A stretch of 64,000 nucleotides of DNA, taken from contig NC_068998.1 of assembly GCF_001194135.2 (NCBI RefSeq), forward strand, positions 24,252,313 to 24,316,312, written 5' to 3'. The notes under the pieces were generated by a model. It was not told the DNA's origin. It was given only the letters and a program-made list of their open reading frames with translations, and searched no databases. The translations under genes were made by a program, and so were the position numbers. Positions 1-11,869 of this stretch are shown here, in pieces. The stretch comes from Octopus bimaculoides (taxonomy: Eukaryota). Within the stretch, counting starts at the first letter, position 1; the number at the start of each line of letters is the position of its first letter.

Positions 1-166
1 CAAAGATGTAATGTCTTAGTGAGAAGTTGTTGCTTGATCCAGAGAAATGTCCTCTGAGCTTCACACTCAGAAACCTTTCACAGCAAATGGAAAAGTTTCT
101 TTACCTAAAAGCCAAATATAAATGAAAAAATTTGAGTATTCATTATCCTTAACCACTACGTCACAT

Positions 167-454
167 GGGCATATGGCGTAGTGGTTAAGAACGCGGGCTA
201 CTAACCCCAAGATTCTGAGTTCGATTCCAGGCAGTGACCTGAATAATAATAATAATAATACTAATAATAACATCGAAAAATACCCTAGGAATGAGAACCC
301 AGGTTCAAAATTTCCCCAAGACACCTGATGAATGCTGGAGGGTATATCAACCGAAACATTGTGTTAACAACAAACAAGATGAGGACAAATATCTGTCAAA
401 TGTAAATAATGTAAATAATGTACATAATTCCTCATCTCTCAAATATAGAACTGT
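167..454 (+). mobile_element. tRNA-derived SINE with (AAT)n linker and a hammerhead-like motif in its body
   Basis: A-box TGGCGTAGTGG (174-184), B-box GAGTTCGATTCC (217-228), small anticodon-like arm GGG-CTACTAA-CCC, then (AAT)n, then CTGATGA...GAAAC (325-357) and a tail with a repeated TGTAAATAA. Confidence 0.8.
320..365 (+). ncRNA. degenerate minimal type I hammerhead ribozyme motif
   Basis: GACAC(320-324)-CTGATGA(325-331)-a-TGCTG..CAACC (stem II with two mismatches)-GAAAC(353-357)-ATT-GTGTT(361-365, pairs with GACAC). The GUH triplet reads ATT, one transition from GTT, consistent with CpG decay of GAAACGTT. Confidence 0.6.
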
Positions 455-742
455 ATTTTGAGTATTTCACTGCAAATATTTAGTGCTATGGAAAAATTTA
501 TCCTCATTTCAATGTTTGTTCTTTCATGCTTACATGGGTCAGATGGAATTTACTGTGGCAGATTTCTTATGGCTGGATGCCCTTCCCTGTCACCAATCCA
601 TACCTGTTTCCAAACAAGAAACAACATTATTTCAGAGATCCTTTAGAAGAAACCCATGTTGACCACTTGTGTTTGCAACTGTATCTTTTCAGTCATTATC
701 CAACATTCATGAACATATGTGAGGATAGACATGAAAACTGAA

Positions 743-970
743 TTAACCCCTTAGCATTCAGATTTCTTTGTCAAATGTGATGCTTATTTGTTTCCATTGG
801 TTTGAATTAATCATGTACTATCTTGTAGCTAAGAAATTTTCATGATGTGATTGCTTAGTTTTAGAAAGGCATTGCCAGTTAAGTGTGAGAAGCCAGATTT
901 GGCCTGTTTTAACATAAAACTGGTAGAATATTTAGGCCAGATATGGCCAGGTTGAATGCTAAAGGGCTAA
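743..970. mobile_element. piggyBac-like MITE
   Basis: TTAA-CCCCTTAGCATTC ... GAATGCTAAAGGG-CTAA: terminal inverted repeats starting CCC with a TTAA-like TSD. Related pieces at ~18760-18900 (reverse), ~29660-29865 and ~62818-62900. Confidence 0.65.
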
Positions 971-1159
971 ATAAATGAAAATGTTTGTTCTTGGATAAAC
1001 AGTGCTAAATCAAAACAATTCAATGTGGGTATTGAAATTCAGCAGTATTGTCATCTCACTTTTACATAATTTTCATGAACTGGTTTGACATACACAGCCA
1101 TTGTGCAAGTGGTGTCACAGTCAGTAAACGTAGAATCAGTCAGATGATAATTGAAGACA

Positions 1160-1525
1160 ACAGGGTGCTACTTAGCTTATCAGAAGATAATCTCCAGCAT
1201 CCATTGAATGGGTTTGCTGCTGAGTGCTGCAAGGTAGGGATGAGAATTAGTGTTCTAAAGACTGAGATGCTGAACATCTCAAGAAGGTCTTTCCAGTTAA
1301 TGGACCATCGTTGGGACAAGTGGAGAAGTTTAAGTACAATGAGTGAGAGAATATAGAAAGCTGAAATGGAAACTAGAATTGCACAATAATTCTAGAACTG
1401 CACAGCTGGTGCACTACTATGCTGGCACTCTGATGCACCAGCACTTGATCCTTAGAAGAGAAGAGGTTGCCAAAAAAGTCAAACTCACTATCTTCAATTT
1501 GGTTTGTATGCCTACCCCTACCTAT
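1160..1525 (+). mobile_element. degenerate RTE-type LINE reverse transcriptase C-terminal fragment
   Basis: Frameshifted translations VGMRISVLKTEML, VEKFKY and KKVKLTIFNLVCMPTPTY resemble non-LTR RT motifs 6-7 and the thumb. Confidence 0.55.
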
Positions 1526-2466
1526 TTTATAGCAAATATCAATGTTATAAAATTCAATCTAGAAGCTATAGTTCCATATTACACAATTATATCTTTGTAT
1601 ATAGTTTCAAATACATTGTATAAGATTCATTAATCTCATTTTAAATTGAATTATAAAAATAAATCTAATCTGTATTGGCATCACTTCTATAAAGTCTATA
1701 CCAGCAAAAATATCCAAGCATTACCTGGAAAATATTTTAGATTATAGAATATATAACAGAAACTCATTATGTCTGCAGTTTATTGTTTTCTTTTATTATT
1801 TACTTGCTTGTTTTATATTCTTTATATATATTTATTTATCTATTTTTTCCTAAGAAAGTTTTCATGGCTTTACCTTATATACAGCTAGATTTATTGAAGC
1901 TTAACTTTGATATGAGTCCACAAATTTTGAAGAAGTGAGAAAGTCCCTTATCTGGCTGCCATTTGTTGACAGGTAATTATTTTCTTGACACCAGAAGGAT
2001 GAAAGGCAAATCTTGGCTGAATTTGAACTCTGAAACAAAGAAACAAATTTATAAAAAACTAAAATACTGGAAATAAAACAAATTATATATTTTCAGACAT
2101 TTTCACTCATCTTCCCTGTGCAATTTCTTCATATTCTTCCTCAACAAAATAAATAAATGAATAAATAAATAAAAGATTTTTGTTGGCATGAATTTCAATA
2201 CCTGTAAATCAATTGAATAAGTTGTCAGAGAAATGACAATGTCAATAAAATGTCAATAATTATTTCAAAAAATATAAAATATTTAAATACACACATGAAG
2301 AGAAATATCAAGAGCTGGATTCAGCTCAGTAGCAATGCATGGAAGGTGAAAGCTGTGCAAACTGCACAAAAGTGGCCAGTGTGTAAGAACAGGTCAATTT
2401 GACTACCAAAGACAGCAGCCAAAACCCATGCTATGTTACTGATTCAGCACCTTAATATTTTGAAAA

Positions 2467-2773
2467 TCTCTCTCTCTCTCTCTCTCTTCCTACCTCTCTC
2501 TTTCTGTCTCCCTCCTTCCCCCTCTCTTTCTCTTTCCCTCTCGCCTTCCTATCCTTCCCCCTTTCTCTCTCTTTCTGTCTCATTCCTTCTCCTCTCTCTC
2601 CTTCTCTTTCCCTCTCGCCTTCCTATCCTTCCCTCTCTCCTACTTCTATCTCTCTTTCTCTCCATCCTCTCTCTCTTACTGTCTCCCTACTTCCCCCCCT
2701 CTCTCTCTCCTTCTCTCTTTCCCTCTTGCCTTGCTATCCTGCCCTCCTTCTCTCTCTTCCTTTCTCTCTCTTC
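2467..2773. repeat. CT-rich (polypyrimidine) low-complexity tract
   Basis: Imperfect (CT)n with recurring CCCTCTCGCCTTCCTATCC units. It explains the L/S/P-rich ORF 2433-2795. Confidence 0.9.
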
Positions 2774-2931
2774 TAATAAATTGTATGATTGTTAAGGTGT
2801 CATTAATGTTTATGATCCTACCAACTCACTGCCTTTCTGCAAATAAATAAATATTAGCTTACAACAATATCAAGAATATTGTGGAGGTGCACTGATTCAT
2901 AGGCATCTCTCAAATTTAGTTTATGTAGACC

Positions 2932-3277
2932 GGAAGGCACATGGCTCAGTGGTTAAAGTGTTGGACTCACAAACATGATGTAGTGAATTATATTCCCAGA
3001 CCGGGCTGTGTGTTGTGTTCTTGAGCAAGACACTTTATTTCACATTGCTCCAGTTCACTCAGTTGTAGAAATGAGTTGCAATGTCACTGGTGCCAAGCTG
3101 TATCAGTCTTTGCCTTTCCCTCGGAGAACACCGGTAGTGTGGAGAGGGGAAACTGGTATGCATGGGCGACTGCTGGTCTTCCATAAACAACCTTGCCCAG
3201 ACTTGTGCCTAGGAGGGTAAATTTCTAGGTGCAATCCTGTGGTCATTCATGTCCGAAGGGGGTCTTTACCCTTTACC
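2932..3277 (+). mobile_element. tRNA-derived SINE (family with TGTTCTTGAGCAAGACACTT core)
   Basis: Head GGAAGGCACATGGCTCAGTGGTTA, core TGTGTTCTTGAGCAAGACACTTTATTTCAC, tail GGTCTTTACCCTTTACC. Further copies at 30689-31014 (+), ~52070-52350 (+) and 53733-54062 (-). Confidence 0.8.
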
Positions 3278-5636
3278 ATTATTGACAGACAAAAGAAGCA
3301 ATCACTATGCTCTATGGCTTTTTGTATTCTTTTTATTCTTTAATGGTTTTAATCAATTGAACTGTGGCCATGTTGCAGCATCCTCTTCAACAGTGTACAT
3401 GATTGCATTGAACCTGATCAGTGGATAATAGTGGTAATATTTTCCATACATTGTTCTTTCAGTGGTCTCTTAGTTTAATGGTACAGAGCGCTCAGCTGGA
3501 ATTTGAGGGGAACAGGGTTTGAGACTCTGTAGAGACTTGCTGGCTACTTTTTAAGTCAGTGAACTAGCAGAATCTTTCACCAGACCAGGCTAAATTGTTA
3601 GCAGCATTTCATCTCTCTTTACATTCTGAATTCGAATTTCACTATGGTCAACTTTGCCTTTCATCCGTTTTTAGGATTGATCTAAGTACCAGTGAGAAAT
3701 GCGGTCAATGTAATCAACTTGCCCCCGCTCCTGAAATTTCTGGTCTTGTGCTAAAATCTGAAATCAATATTTTCTTTCATTTTTTTAATTAATCCATATG
3801 GCAAATTTCTTTAGATAGTAAGCAAGAAACTGAGGTTTAAAGAATTAGAAAGGTTGTGTTGTGATGCTGATGCATTTCCATACAACACTACATGGATACG
3901 TTTATGTCCTCATATGCTGAAATCGTATGCCAGGTTAAGGTTTCTTCTCAACAGTGACAAAGTTTCCTAATTTTGATTCTTAAGCACAGGCACAAGCCAC
4001 AAAATTTGTGATATGGTGTAATTGTATATGTCAACCTCAGTCGGTTCTTATTTTTATCAACCCAGGAAGTATGCCCATGACTAAGATGGTGATGGTGGTG
4101 GTGGTGGGAGGGCACTGTCCCCTCAATATTCAATGGTGTACCCTCAGATTTAGAAAATACAGTTTACAAAATCTTCCTGCAATACACTTCTTGAAGTCTG
4201 ACTAACATTCTCATTGCTAAGGGGTTGCACTCAACAGCACTGCCCCCTTCACTATCCAATGTTGAATCCTCAAGTTTACAGTGAAGTACTTATTTTGAAA
4301 CTCCACTTCACCATTATCATGAATTAGTGCCAACCCAGAATATTCTGAAGCACCCACTGCTGACACCAAAGTCTGGAAGGTTAGAATTTAAAGTTGGTCT
4401 GAACATGATTGGAACGGAGAAAGACCTGATGAAATACTGTATGACATTTTATACCAATAAGTGTATTGCCTTGCAGCTAATTAATCTGCTGGAAATAGGA
4501 GTTACATCTCCCTCATATCAAATGCTAACATTTGAAGAAAGGGCAAATAAATTAGATAATAGGGTCTTGGATGTAATTTGGCTAAAGATAAAGATAGTAC
4601 AACCATAGTTTTGGGCCATTTGATCTTCTAATCTGCTCATGGATGATTTAACAATAACAAAAACAACATAACAACAACCACAAAGTATTCTGTTAACTAT
4701 TTTACTGATACAATCCAATCCACCATTCTGGAGTTTTCTGATACACACCAAAGTGTTGAATTGGCAGGAACGGTTGAGCATCAAACAAAATACCTTGTGT
4801 TATTGAGTTGCAACTCTTTACATTCTGATTTAGAATCCTGCTGAGGTCAACTTTGCCTTTCATCCCTCTGAGATGAATAAAATAAAGTGCTAGTCAAGTA
4901 CTGTGCTCGATATAATCGACAGTAGCCATACATACATTAGAGGCTTTTTGCTTATGTAAGAAATCAATACTAGCTAAGTTTTATCTCTTGAACAATATTT
5001 CTGAATACACTGAAGGAAATATAACTATAAATCAGAAAGAGAAATAATATCTGCTAGTGTTTAGAACATATTGGTAGGTAGAGGTACACATTGATCTTCA
5101 CACCAATTCCTGTAAATCTCTGTGATAGAGACATGTTATTAGAATACAGCAAATTTTGTTATGCTAGTGTATGTATAGGGCTGTATATATGTCTCCACCA
5201 ATAAACCAGATTCTTATGTAAGATATTAATACAGAGCCCAATAGAAATATATCATAGTTCTGGAAACAATATATATGTGTGTGCGTGTTTGTGCATGTGT
5301 GCATGCATATGTGTGTGAGTCTGTGTGTGCGCATACACATGTGTGTGTGTGCATATGCATATATGTGTCTGTGTCTGTCTATCTGTGTTGACGCACAAAC
5401 ACACAAACTTATGGACTTACACATGCACACACTCATATGCTCACATGCAGACATATGTATTTTAAAGTTTGGAATAGATTATGAAACAGCATAGATGCAT
5501 GAGTATATATTTTTGTTAAAATTTATATTTATTTGCTCAGGATGTGTGTACATGTGTGTATATGTGTGCCTGTGTTTTTGTTCATATCTATATTCATATT
5601 TCTTTCTCTACCAAATGAGTTCTCTATCAATCACTA

Positions 5637-5670
<34 letters not shown>

Positions 5671-6058
5671 GTATGGCATTATTCAGTTTATTTCAAGATT
5701 TCTTGCCAATAGAGAAACAACCGGTTTCTAAACTAGATCCAAGGCTCCTTCACTGGAATTTCAACATCAACAACAGGGTACTTCTGTTTGTACGTATGTA
5801 TGTATGTATGTATGTATGAATGCATGTATATATATATATATGTATATATATATAAGTGCCAATGCACAAAACTCTCAGCCCTTGTATCACTCTGTTGTTT
5901 CAGCCAAATATTGATAAAAATATACATATACTCATATTTTGAATTCTATTTTTTCTGTCTGCATCACCATACCTCTGTGTTGTGTGTGTGTATATGCATA
6001 AATGCCGAATGACAAGAATAAGTGCTCAACATTGCATTGATGAATAAATTTAGTTTTA

Positions 6059-6165
6059 CTTGTGTATTAAGGCTACCATTATTTTCATGTTCAGGAAAAC
6101 ATCTTAATATCTTAATTTTTGAAGCTGACCACATGGAGGAATAGTGTTCATCTCCATTTTGGATG

Positions 6166-6198
<33 letters not shown>

Positions 6199-6970
6199 AG
6201 TAGTATCAAAATCTTTTGTCAAACACTATACGTCATACGTACCAGGAATATGCATCTCCAAGATACTTGGGAAAGGTATTTTACAGAAGACTAGCAGCTG
6301 CCTGTGTGTGAGAGTCTCGCATTTAATTGCCTCTGACATTGTCCAAGAGAAAAGTAAATGTGATCTGCTTGACTCCCCTGTTGAGAATGCAAAGAGTTGG
6401 AACAGCTACCACATGGCATCCTGCCACATACACTAACATTTCAGCTATTCCACCTTCCCAAGCTGTTTCTTTATTTACCACAAATGGAAGTATGAAAGGA
6501 AAAGCTGGTAGTTTTGAACTCAGAGCACAAGACGTAGAACAAACACCTCCAAGTATTTTATCCATTTCTCTGATGTCTGTGCCAATTCACCATATTGCTT
6601 GGGGATACATGGTGTACTTTATAGCTATGCCTAGCTAAAGTATCATAAAAGCATGATGATGATGATATACACACTCATACACATATATATACATATATAT
6701 ACACACACACACACATACATGAGACACTCTCACACATGTGCAGTTGTAAAATACCTTTCCCAAGTATCTTGGAGTTGCATATTCCAGGTACATATGACAT
6801 ATAGTGTTTGACAAAAAAATTTGATACTACTTGTATATATATATAAATATATATTTCATACAAAATGGAGATGAACACCATTCCTCCATGTGGTCAGCTT
6901 GAAAAATTAGACCTTAAGATATTTTTCTTAACATGAAACCAATGATAGCCTTAATAAATAAAATACACAA
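6059..6970. repeat. inverted duplication: arms ~6059-6318 and ~6721-6970, spacer ~400 bp
   Basis: For example GAAGCTGACCACATGGAGGAATAGTGTTCATCTCCATTTTG pairs with CAAAATGGAGATGAACACCATTCCTCCATGTGGTCAGCTT, and CCAAGATACTTGGGAAAGGTATTTTAC with GTAAAATACCTTTCCCAAGTATCTTGG. Both arms contain an (AT)n tract. Confidence 0.92.
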
Positions 6971-6972
6971 AT

Positions 6973-8397
6973 ATATTAGTATTGTTTCATGTAGTCGACC
7001 TCTATTCCAATATCCCCCATAACCTAGGCATAGAGGCAATTCAATTCTGGCTAGAGAATTATGCCAATGAACTCCCACATCGCATCAAGAAAGAATTTGT
7101 GATAGAAGGGTTAAAATTTATCTTGGAGAATAACTACTTCATCTTCAAAGACAACTTCTATCAACACTTTCGGGGATTGCGATGGGTACAAGAATGGCCC
7201 CCTCCTTTGCTAACCTAGTCATGGGATATCTAGAAATTAGTCTTTATCTTAAGGTACTAGAAAAATACAGCAACCCATTCTCTCTCTACATAGAAAATAA
7301 CTGGAAGAGATACCTGGATGACTGTTTCATTCTTTGGCATGAAAGTATAGAGAGACTTAAAGAATTTCAAGCACTTGTAAATAGACTTGATGTAAACGTT
7401 CAATTCACGATAGAATATAGCCATCAATAACTTCCCTTCCTTGACATCCTCATTAAGAAATCTAACAATGTAATAGAAACACATATATACTATAAGCCCA
7501 CAGACTCCAAGCAATATCTACCATTCAAATTATGCCACCCCAGACACATTAGATGGAATATCCCTTTCAACCTAACAAAAACGATTTGTACTATAGTTTC
7601 TAATGCAAGCACCAGGGGCACACGACTACATGAACTAAAAAATACACTCATCACCAGGAACTACTCACCATCACTAATTGACATATGCTTTCAACGTGCC
7701 CTACAACTCAACATCCACAAACTCAGACATCCCCAATAAAAGAAGGATTTACAGCCAAAACCTCTACCATACATCTCCATACACAACCCTCTTAACAACG
7801 AAACCTTCGACACCATCCTTCAAAACATTTCCCTGCTAAAAAAGGACCCCAGAATGAACTCAATCCTCCAAACACACACCATCATAAAAAGCAAGAGACA
7901 GCCTAAATCTATGAAAAGTCTCGTAACACAAGCCCAAATATGCTCAACAACAACAACATTGAAGCTATCAGTAAAAAAATGCAAAAAACCCAACTGTGGG
8001 ATATGCATCAATTTAATTGAGGGATCAGAGTTCTCCTTCAAACAGGGATAATGCTTCACAATGAAAAGCAGCTTCGGAGAACCTGATATATGCACTAACC
8101 TGCTCTGGGTGTCAAGAGCAATAGAGAGGCCAAACAAAAACCAGTCTACATCAAAGGACGGCTCTGGACAGGTCCCCGATCAAAATTTTGAAAAACAGAA
8201 AAATAGCACTCAGCCAACACATCGACATTTGTGCCAATAACAAAAATCCAAGCTTCAAAATGTTTCTCCTCTATCAATTCAGGGGCGATACAACCTCTAG
8301 TCTACGAATTAGTAAAGAGTCACTCTTTATCACAAAATACAGATCCTTTTTGAACGCATCTACAACAAATGACATATCCACCAAGGCCTCAGAATAA
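6973..8397 (+). mobile_element. Penelope-like retroelement (probably Neptune group), 5'-truncated pseudo-ORF encoding RT + GIY-YIG endonuclease
   Basis: ILVLFHVVDLYSNIPH (motif A), GIAMGTRMAPSFANLVMGY (motif B), WKRYLDD (YLDD 7311-7322), *LPFLDILI, YYKPTDSKQYL..CHPRH, CKKPNCGIC (7980-8006), LIYALTCSGCQEQ*RGQT (GIY-YIG remnant 8083-8130). Two frameshifts and several stops. Confidence 0.93.
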
Positions 8398-8398
8398 C

Positions 8399-8750
8399 AC
8401 ACACGCAAATATTAAAAATGATACATTCAAAAGAGATACCTAAGAATTCATTAAAAACAGTCACAATCACTACTCTGATCCACAATGAGCCACTTTTAGG
8501 TCACTTGACAATTTAACATCCTACTACTATCATACCACTCCTACATTCTTTTATTATTATTCTTTCTCTTCTTCTCCTTCTTCCTTTCCACCACCTCCTT
8601 CCTTACTTTACTACTGCTGTTTAGAATAACACCTACACATATATTAAAAACAATACATTCAAAAGAGATATCTCAAGAATTCAGTCACTACTACCATCCA
8701 CAACAAGTCACTTCCAGGCACTTGACCATTTCACATCCTACTACTATCAT
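8399..8750 (+). repeat. direct repeat pair (~140 bp) immediately 3' of the Penelope ORF
   Basis: ATATTAAAAA..ATACATTCAAAAGAGATA..AAGAATTCA..CACTACT..ATCCACAA..CACTTGAC..ACATCCTACTACTATCAT occurs at ~8400-8535 and ~8636-8750. Confidence 0.8.
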
Positions 8751-10119
8751 TATTTCTTCTTCTTCTTCTTCTTCTTCGCCAAGAATTCACAGAAGTAAAC
8801 AAGAGAGACAGCCAGAAACAAGAAAAATGCCTCTTGTATTTGAATACTATGCAAATATTCTTTTAAAAAACTTATTTTTCCAAAATTTTTATGTTTTCAT
8901 CATGGTCTACCCTGGCATGGTTTCATACAGTTAGATGCCCTTCCTAATGCCAAGTATTTTACAAGTGTGCTGTGTACTTTTAGAAGTATATGACATCAGC
9001 ACTAGTCAGGTTGTCATGCAACTTGCAAAACTAAAGTACTCTTTCAGTTGTAGTGACTATATTAAGGAATGAGGCAGCTTCAAACATGGTGTTGGAGGTT
9101 ACAAAATGAAAGAAGGGACAGGGACGCATTTTTTGCTGAAGAGAAGATATATGTCTGGTAGTGATGAAGAGCTAGTTTGCCCAAAAGTAAAAAAATAAAA
9201 GGGCTAAACAAAAGAGTGAGTATCGACAGATCTTGATGCATGGGAAGGAAGAACATCATCCATCACCATTTAACATCTGTTTTCTTTGCTGGCATGGGTT
9301 GGATGGTTTAACCAGAGCTGGTAATGTCAGGGGCCATGCTTTGAATATTGAAGAGTCAAAGCATGGAGAGCTGATGATAAATATGAGTTGGAGGGAAGGA
9401 GAAGAGGAGATGACTAGCATTACAAAGTGGGAAAAAAGAATAGAAGAATAGAATAATACAATAAATAGATATAGGAAGAATGAGAGAAAGAGAGATGCTG
9501 AGTTTGTTGTGGGTGGATAGGTACAAAAGTAAGTGGGAAGGGAAAGAGCTGTAGGGTGTTAGAGTTGGAGGTGATCAGTGGTATGTAGCAAAGTGAGTCA
9601 ACAAGAATGGGTGAGTTAACTAGTTACATGGAAGAATGTTCAATGGAAAATATGAGTGGGGAGGAATGATGTTAAAAGGGAAAGATGAATTTCAAAACAA
9701 CTGGTATCAAGTAGTTGGAAAGATGACCCCTGCACATGCAGGTGTGGTAGTAATTTGCCATGACATGGACCCCTTATGTCTTAATGGACAAGATGGGTAT
9801 ATTTGAGTACAAGTGTGTGTTTATGCACATGCATGGATGCATTACCCATGCACATAGATAGGTGTACATGTAAATTCAATTGTATGTATGTATATATGTA
9901 TGTGTGTGTGTGTGTGTGTACAAGTGAAGCAGGTGTGCATGTGGATGTGTGTGCATGGATGTGTGTGCATGTGTGTGTGTGTGTAGGTATGCATCAGAAA
10001 ACCTGGGGCCACCCTGGGAATACATACTTGTTTATAAGCTTAACATCCAGGCAAACAGCTGCCTAAACATAAGAAACTTAAATCTGTGTGTGTACATATG
10101 TATGTCATAGCAACAAACC

Positions 10120-10730
10120 TCTTATCCGAATCTGATATATACCACTGAGTGTTTGGAGCTGCTATTATTGTAGTCATTCGCTACCATCAGAGTTAAAGTA
10201 GCCTATATTAGAAATGAAATTCACACGATACATAGTAAATGCAGTGAAGCAGGAAAAACAAAAGCCCAATACCATACAATTCTGTAAAGTACTGATGGAG
10301 AATTGCTATCCAACTTCTTTCATCAAACACCAAGATAATATAATGCTTTTGAAACTGTCACATTTTAATGGAAAAACCACTGCTGCAATCTGCCATGCAA
10401 TCCATAGGAAGGGATCAAAAATACAACTGACACACACCAGACACTCCCTGAAGAGGATCTTAAATAAAAAATGGTCAAAGACAAAGCAACACATATCTGC
10501 ATTGCCTTACCCAATTAGTGATGAACATAGATAGCTGCAGTCCTATGTAGTGTATAAAATCACCCGTACAAAATGTAAAGAATTCTAAATCAGAACTACC
10601 ATCAAACAAGTACGTCTATGGATTAAAGAGTTCCTCTATGCTAATGTTTCTTCCATTAAAAAGCATCAAAGAAATGCCACACCAAGACATCGAGGTTTCC
10701 ATTGATGCTACAGAATGAAATAATAGGAAC
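10120..10730 (+). mobile_element. second, more decayed Penelope-like fragment (RT thumb + GIY-YIG)
   Basis: VKVAYIRNEIHTIHSKCSE, NCYPTSFI, LPYP, and QSYVVYKITRTKCKEF*IRTT..VRLWIKE (from ~10538), which matches the VVY..C..C...YIGxT..L..RxKEH pattern. Confidence 0.65.
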
Positions 10731-10780
10731 TTAGGAATAAATGAAAGCATCTTAATCAGAAGAACCAACTTACACTATGA

Positions 10781-11213
10781 TTTCAAAATTTTGCACAAGG
10801 CCAGCAAGTTCAAGAGAAGAGTAAGTTGATAACATCAACTCCAGTGCTCAACTGGTACTAAGTTTATCATCCTCAAAAGGATGAAAGACAAAGTCGACCT
10901 TGGCAGAATTTGAACTCAGAACATAAGGACAGACAAAATGCTGCTAAGTAGTTTGCCCAGTGTGCTAACAATATTGCTGCTAGCTATGAAGCCTATATAT
11001 TGGTTTCATATTTTGACACAAGGCCAGCAGGTTTAGGGGAGGAGCTAAGTCAATGAAATCAACCAGTGTTCAACTGGTACATATTTTATTGTTGCTGAAA
11101 GGATCAAAGGCCAAGTCAACCTTGGTTGAATTTGAAGTCATAATGTAATGGTGGATAAAATGTTGTTAAACATTTTGCCTAGCGTACTGACAATTCTGCC
11201 AGTTTGCCACCTT
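10781..11213 (-). mobile_element. two tandem SINE copies (family with GTCGACTTTGCCTTTCATCC...AAGTACCAG core)
   Basis: The reverse complement of the head GGTGGCGAGCTGGCAGAA..GAGTTCAAATTC and of the core is seen twice. Many other copies occur (e.g. ~3600-3750, ~4770-4960, ~31410-31810, ~32095-32370, ~33455-33960, ~52455-52640). Confidence 0.75.
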
Positions 11214-11789
11214 AGGACCAATCCACATATTAATTAACTGCTATAGCAACGCTTTTCTGAAAATGCAAAACAACCATTCATACATACACACTACAGAATT
11301 GAGAAATACTGAAATACAAGATAAAAAGCACAGACCACCAACACATTTCATTTCTTAATACTTGCACTGTTTTGGTTTTATATATGCGCTCATACACAAA
11401 CACACACACACATATATTTCTCTTTATCCCTTATTTCTTTCAGTCATTGGACTGAGGCCATTCTGGGACACCACCTTGAACAAATCCACTCTAGTATGTA
11501 ATTCTTAAGTCTGGTACTTATTCTATCCATTCCTTTTGCTAAACTGCTAAGTTACAAGGATGTAAACTAACCAACTCTTGTTGCAAAGAGGGACAAACAA
11601 AGATACATACACAAGCATACTCACACATACATGTATACATATATATACATACATATATATATATATATATATATTAATCTATGTATATATTAATATTATA
11701 TCAGTTGAAAAAAACTTTGACAATGTTATTCTTCATATTTTACATATATATATATATATACATGTATGTACGTATGCATGTATATGTGT

Positions 11790-11829
11790 NNNNNNNNNNN
11801 NNNNNNNNNNNNNNNNNNNNNNNNNNNNN
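11790..11829. other. assembly gap; other gaps at 23474-23666, 39170-39269, 43955-43964, 54698-54707 and 55576-55942
   Basis: Runs of N, mostly next to microsatellites or young repeats. Confidence 1.

Positions 11830-11869
<40 letters not shown>

Noticed and set aside
167-240. tRNA gene
   Set aside because: It has A/B boxes and an anticodon-like arm but no proper acceptor stem or terminator, and it continues into a SINE body.
5710-5765. Hammerhead-like motif on the minus strand (..CAGTGAAGG-AGCCT..AGTTT-AGAAACCGGTT)
   Set aside because: It has a palindromic GAAACCGGTT and a weak stem, but no CUGANGA core and no clear stem I. At most a remote relic.
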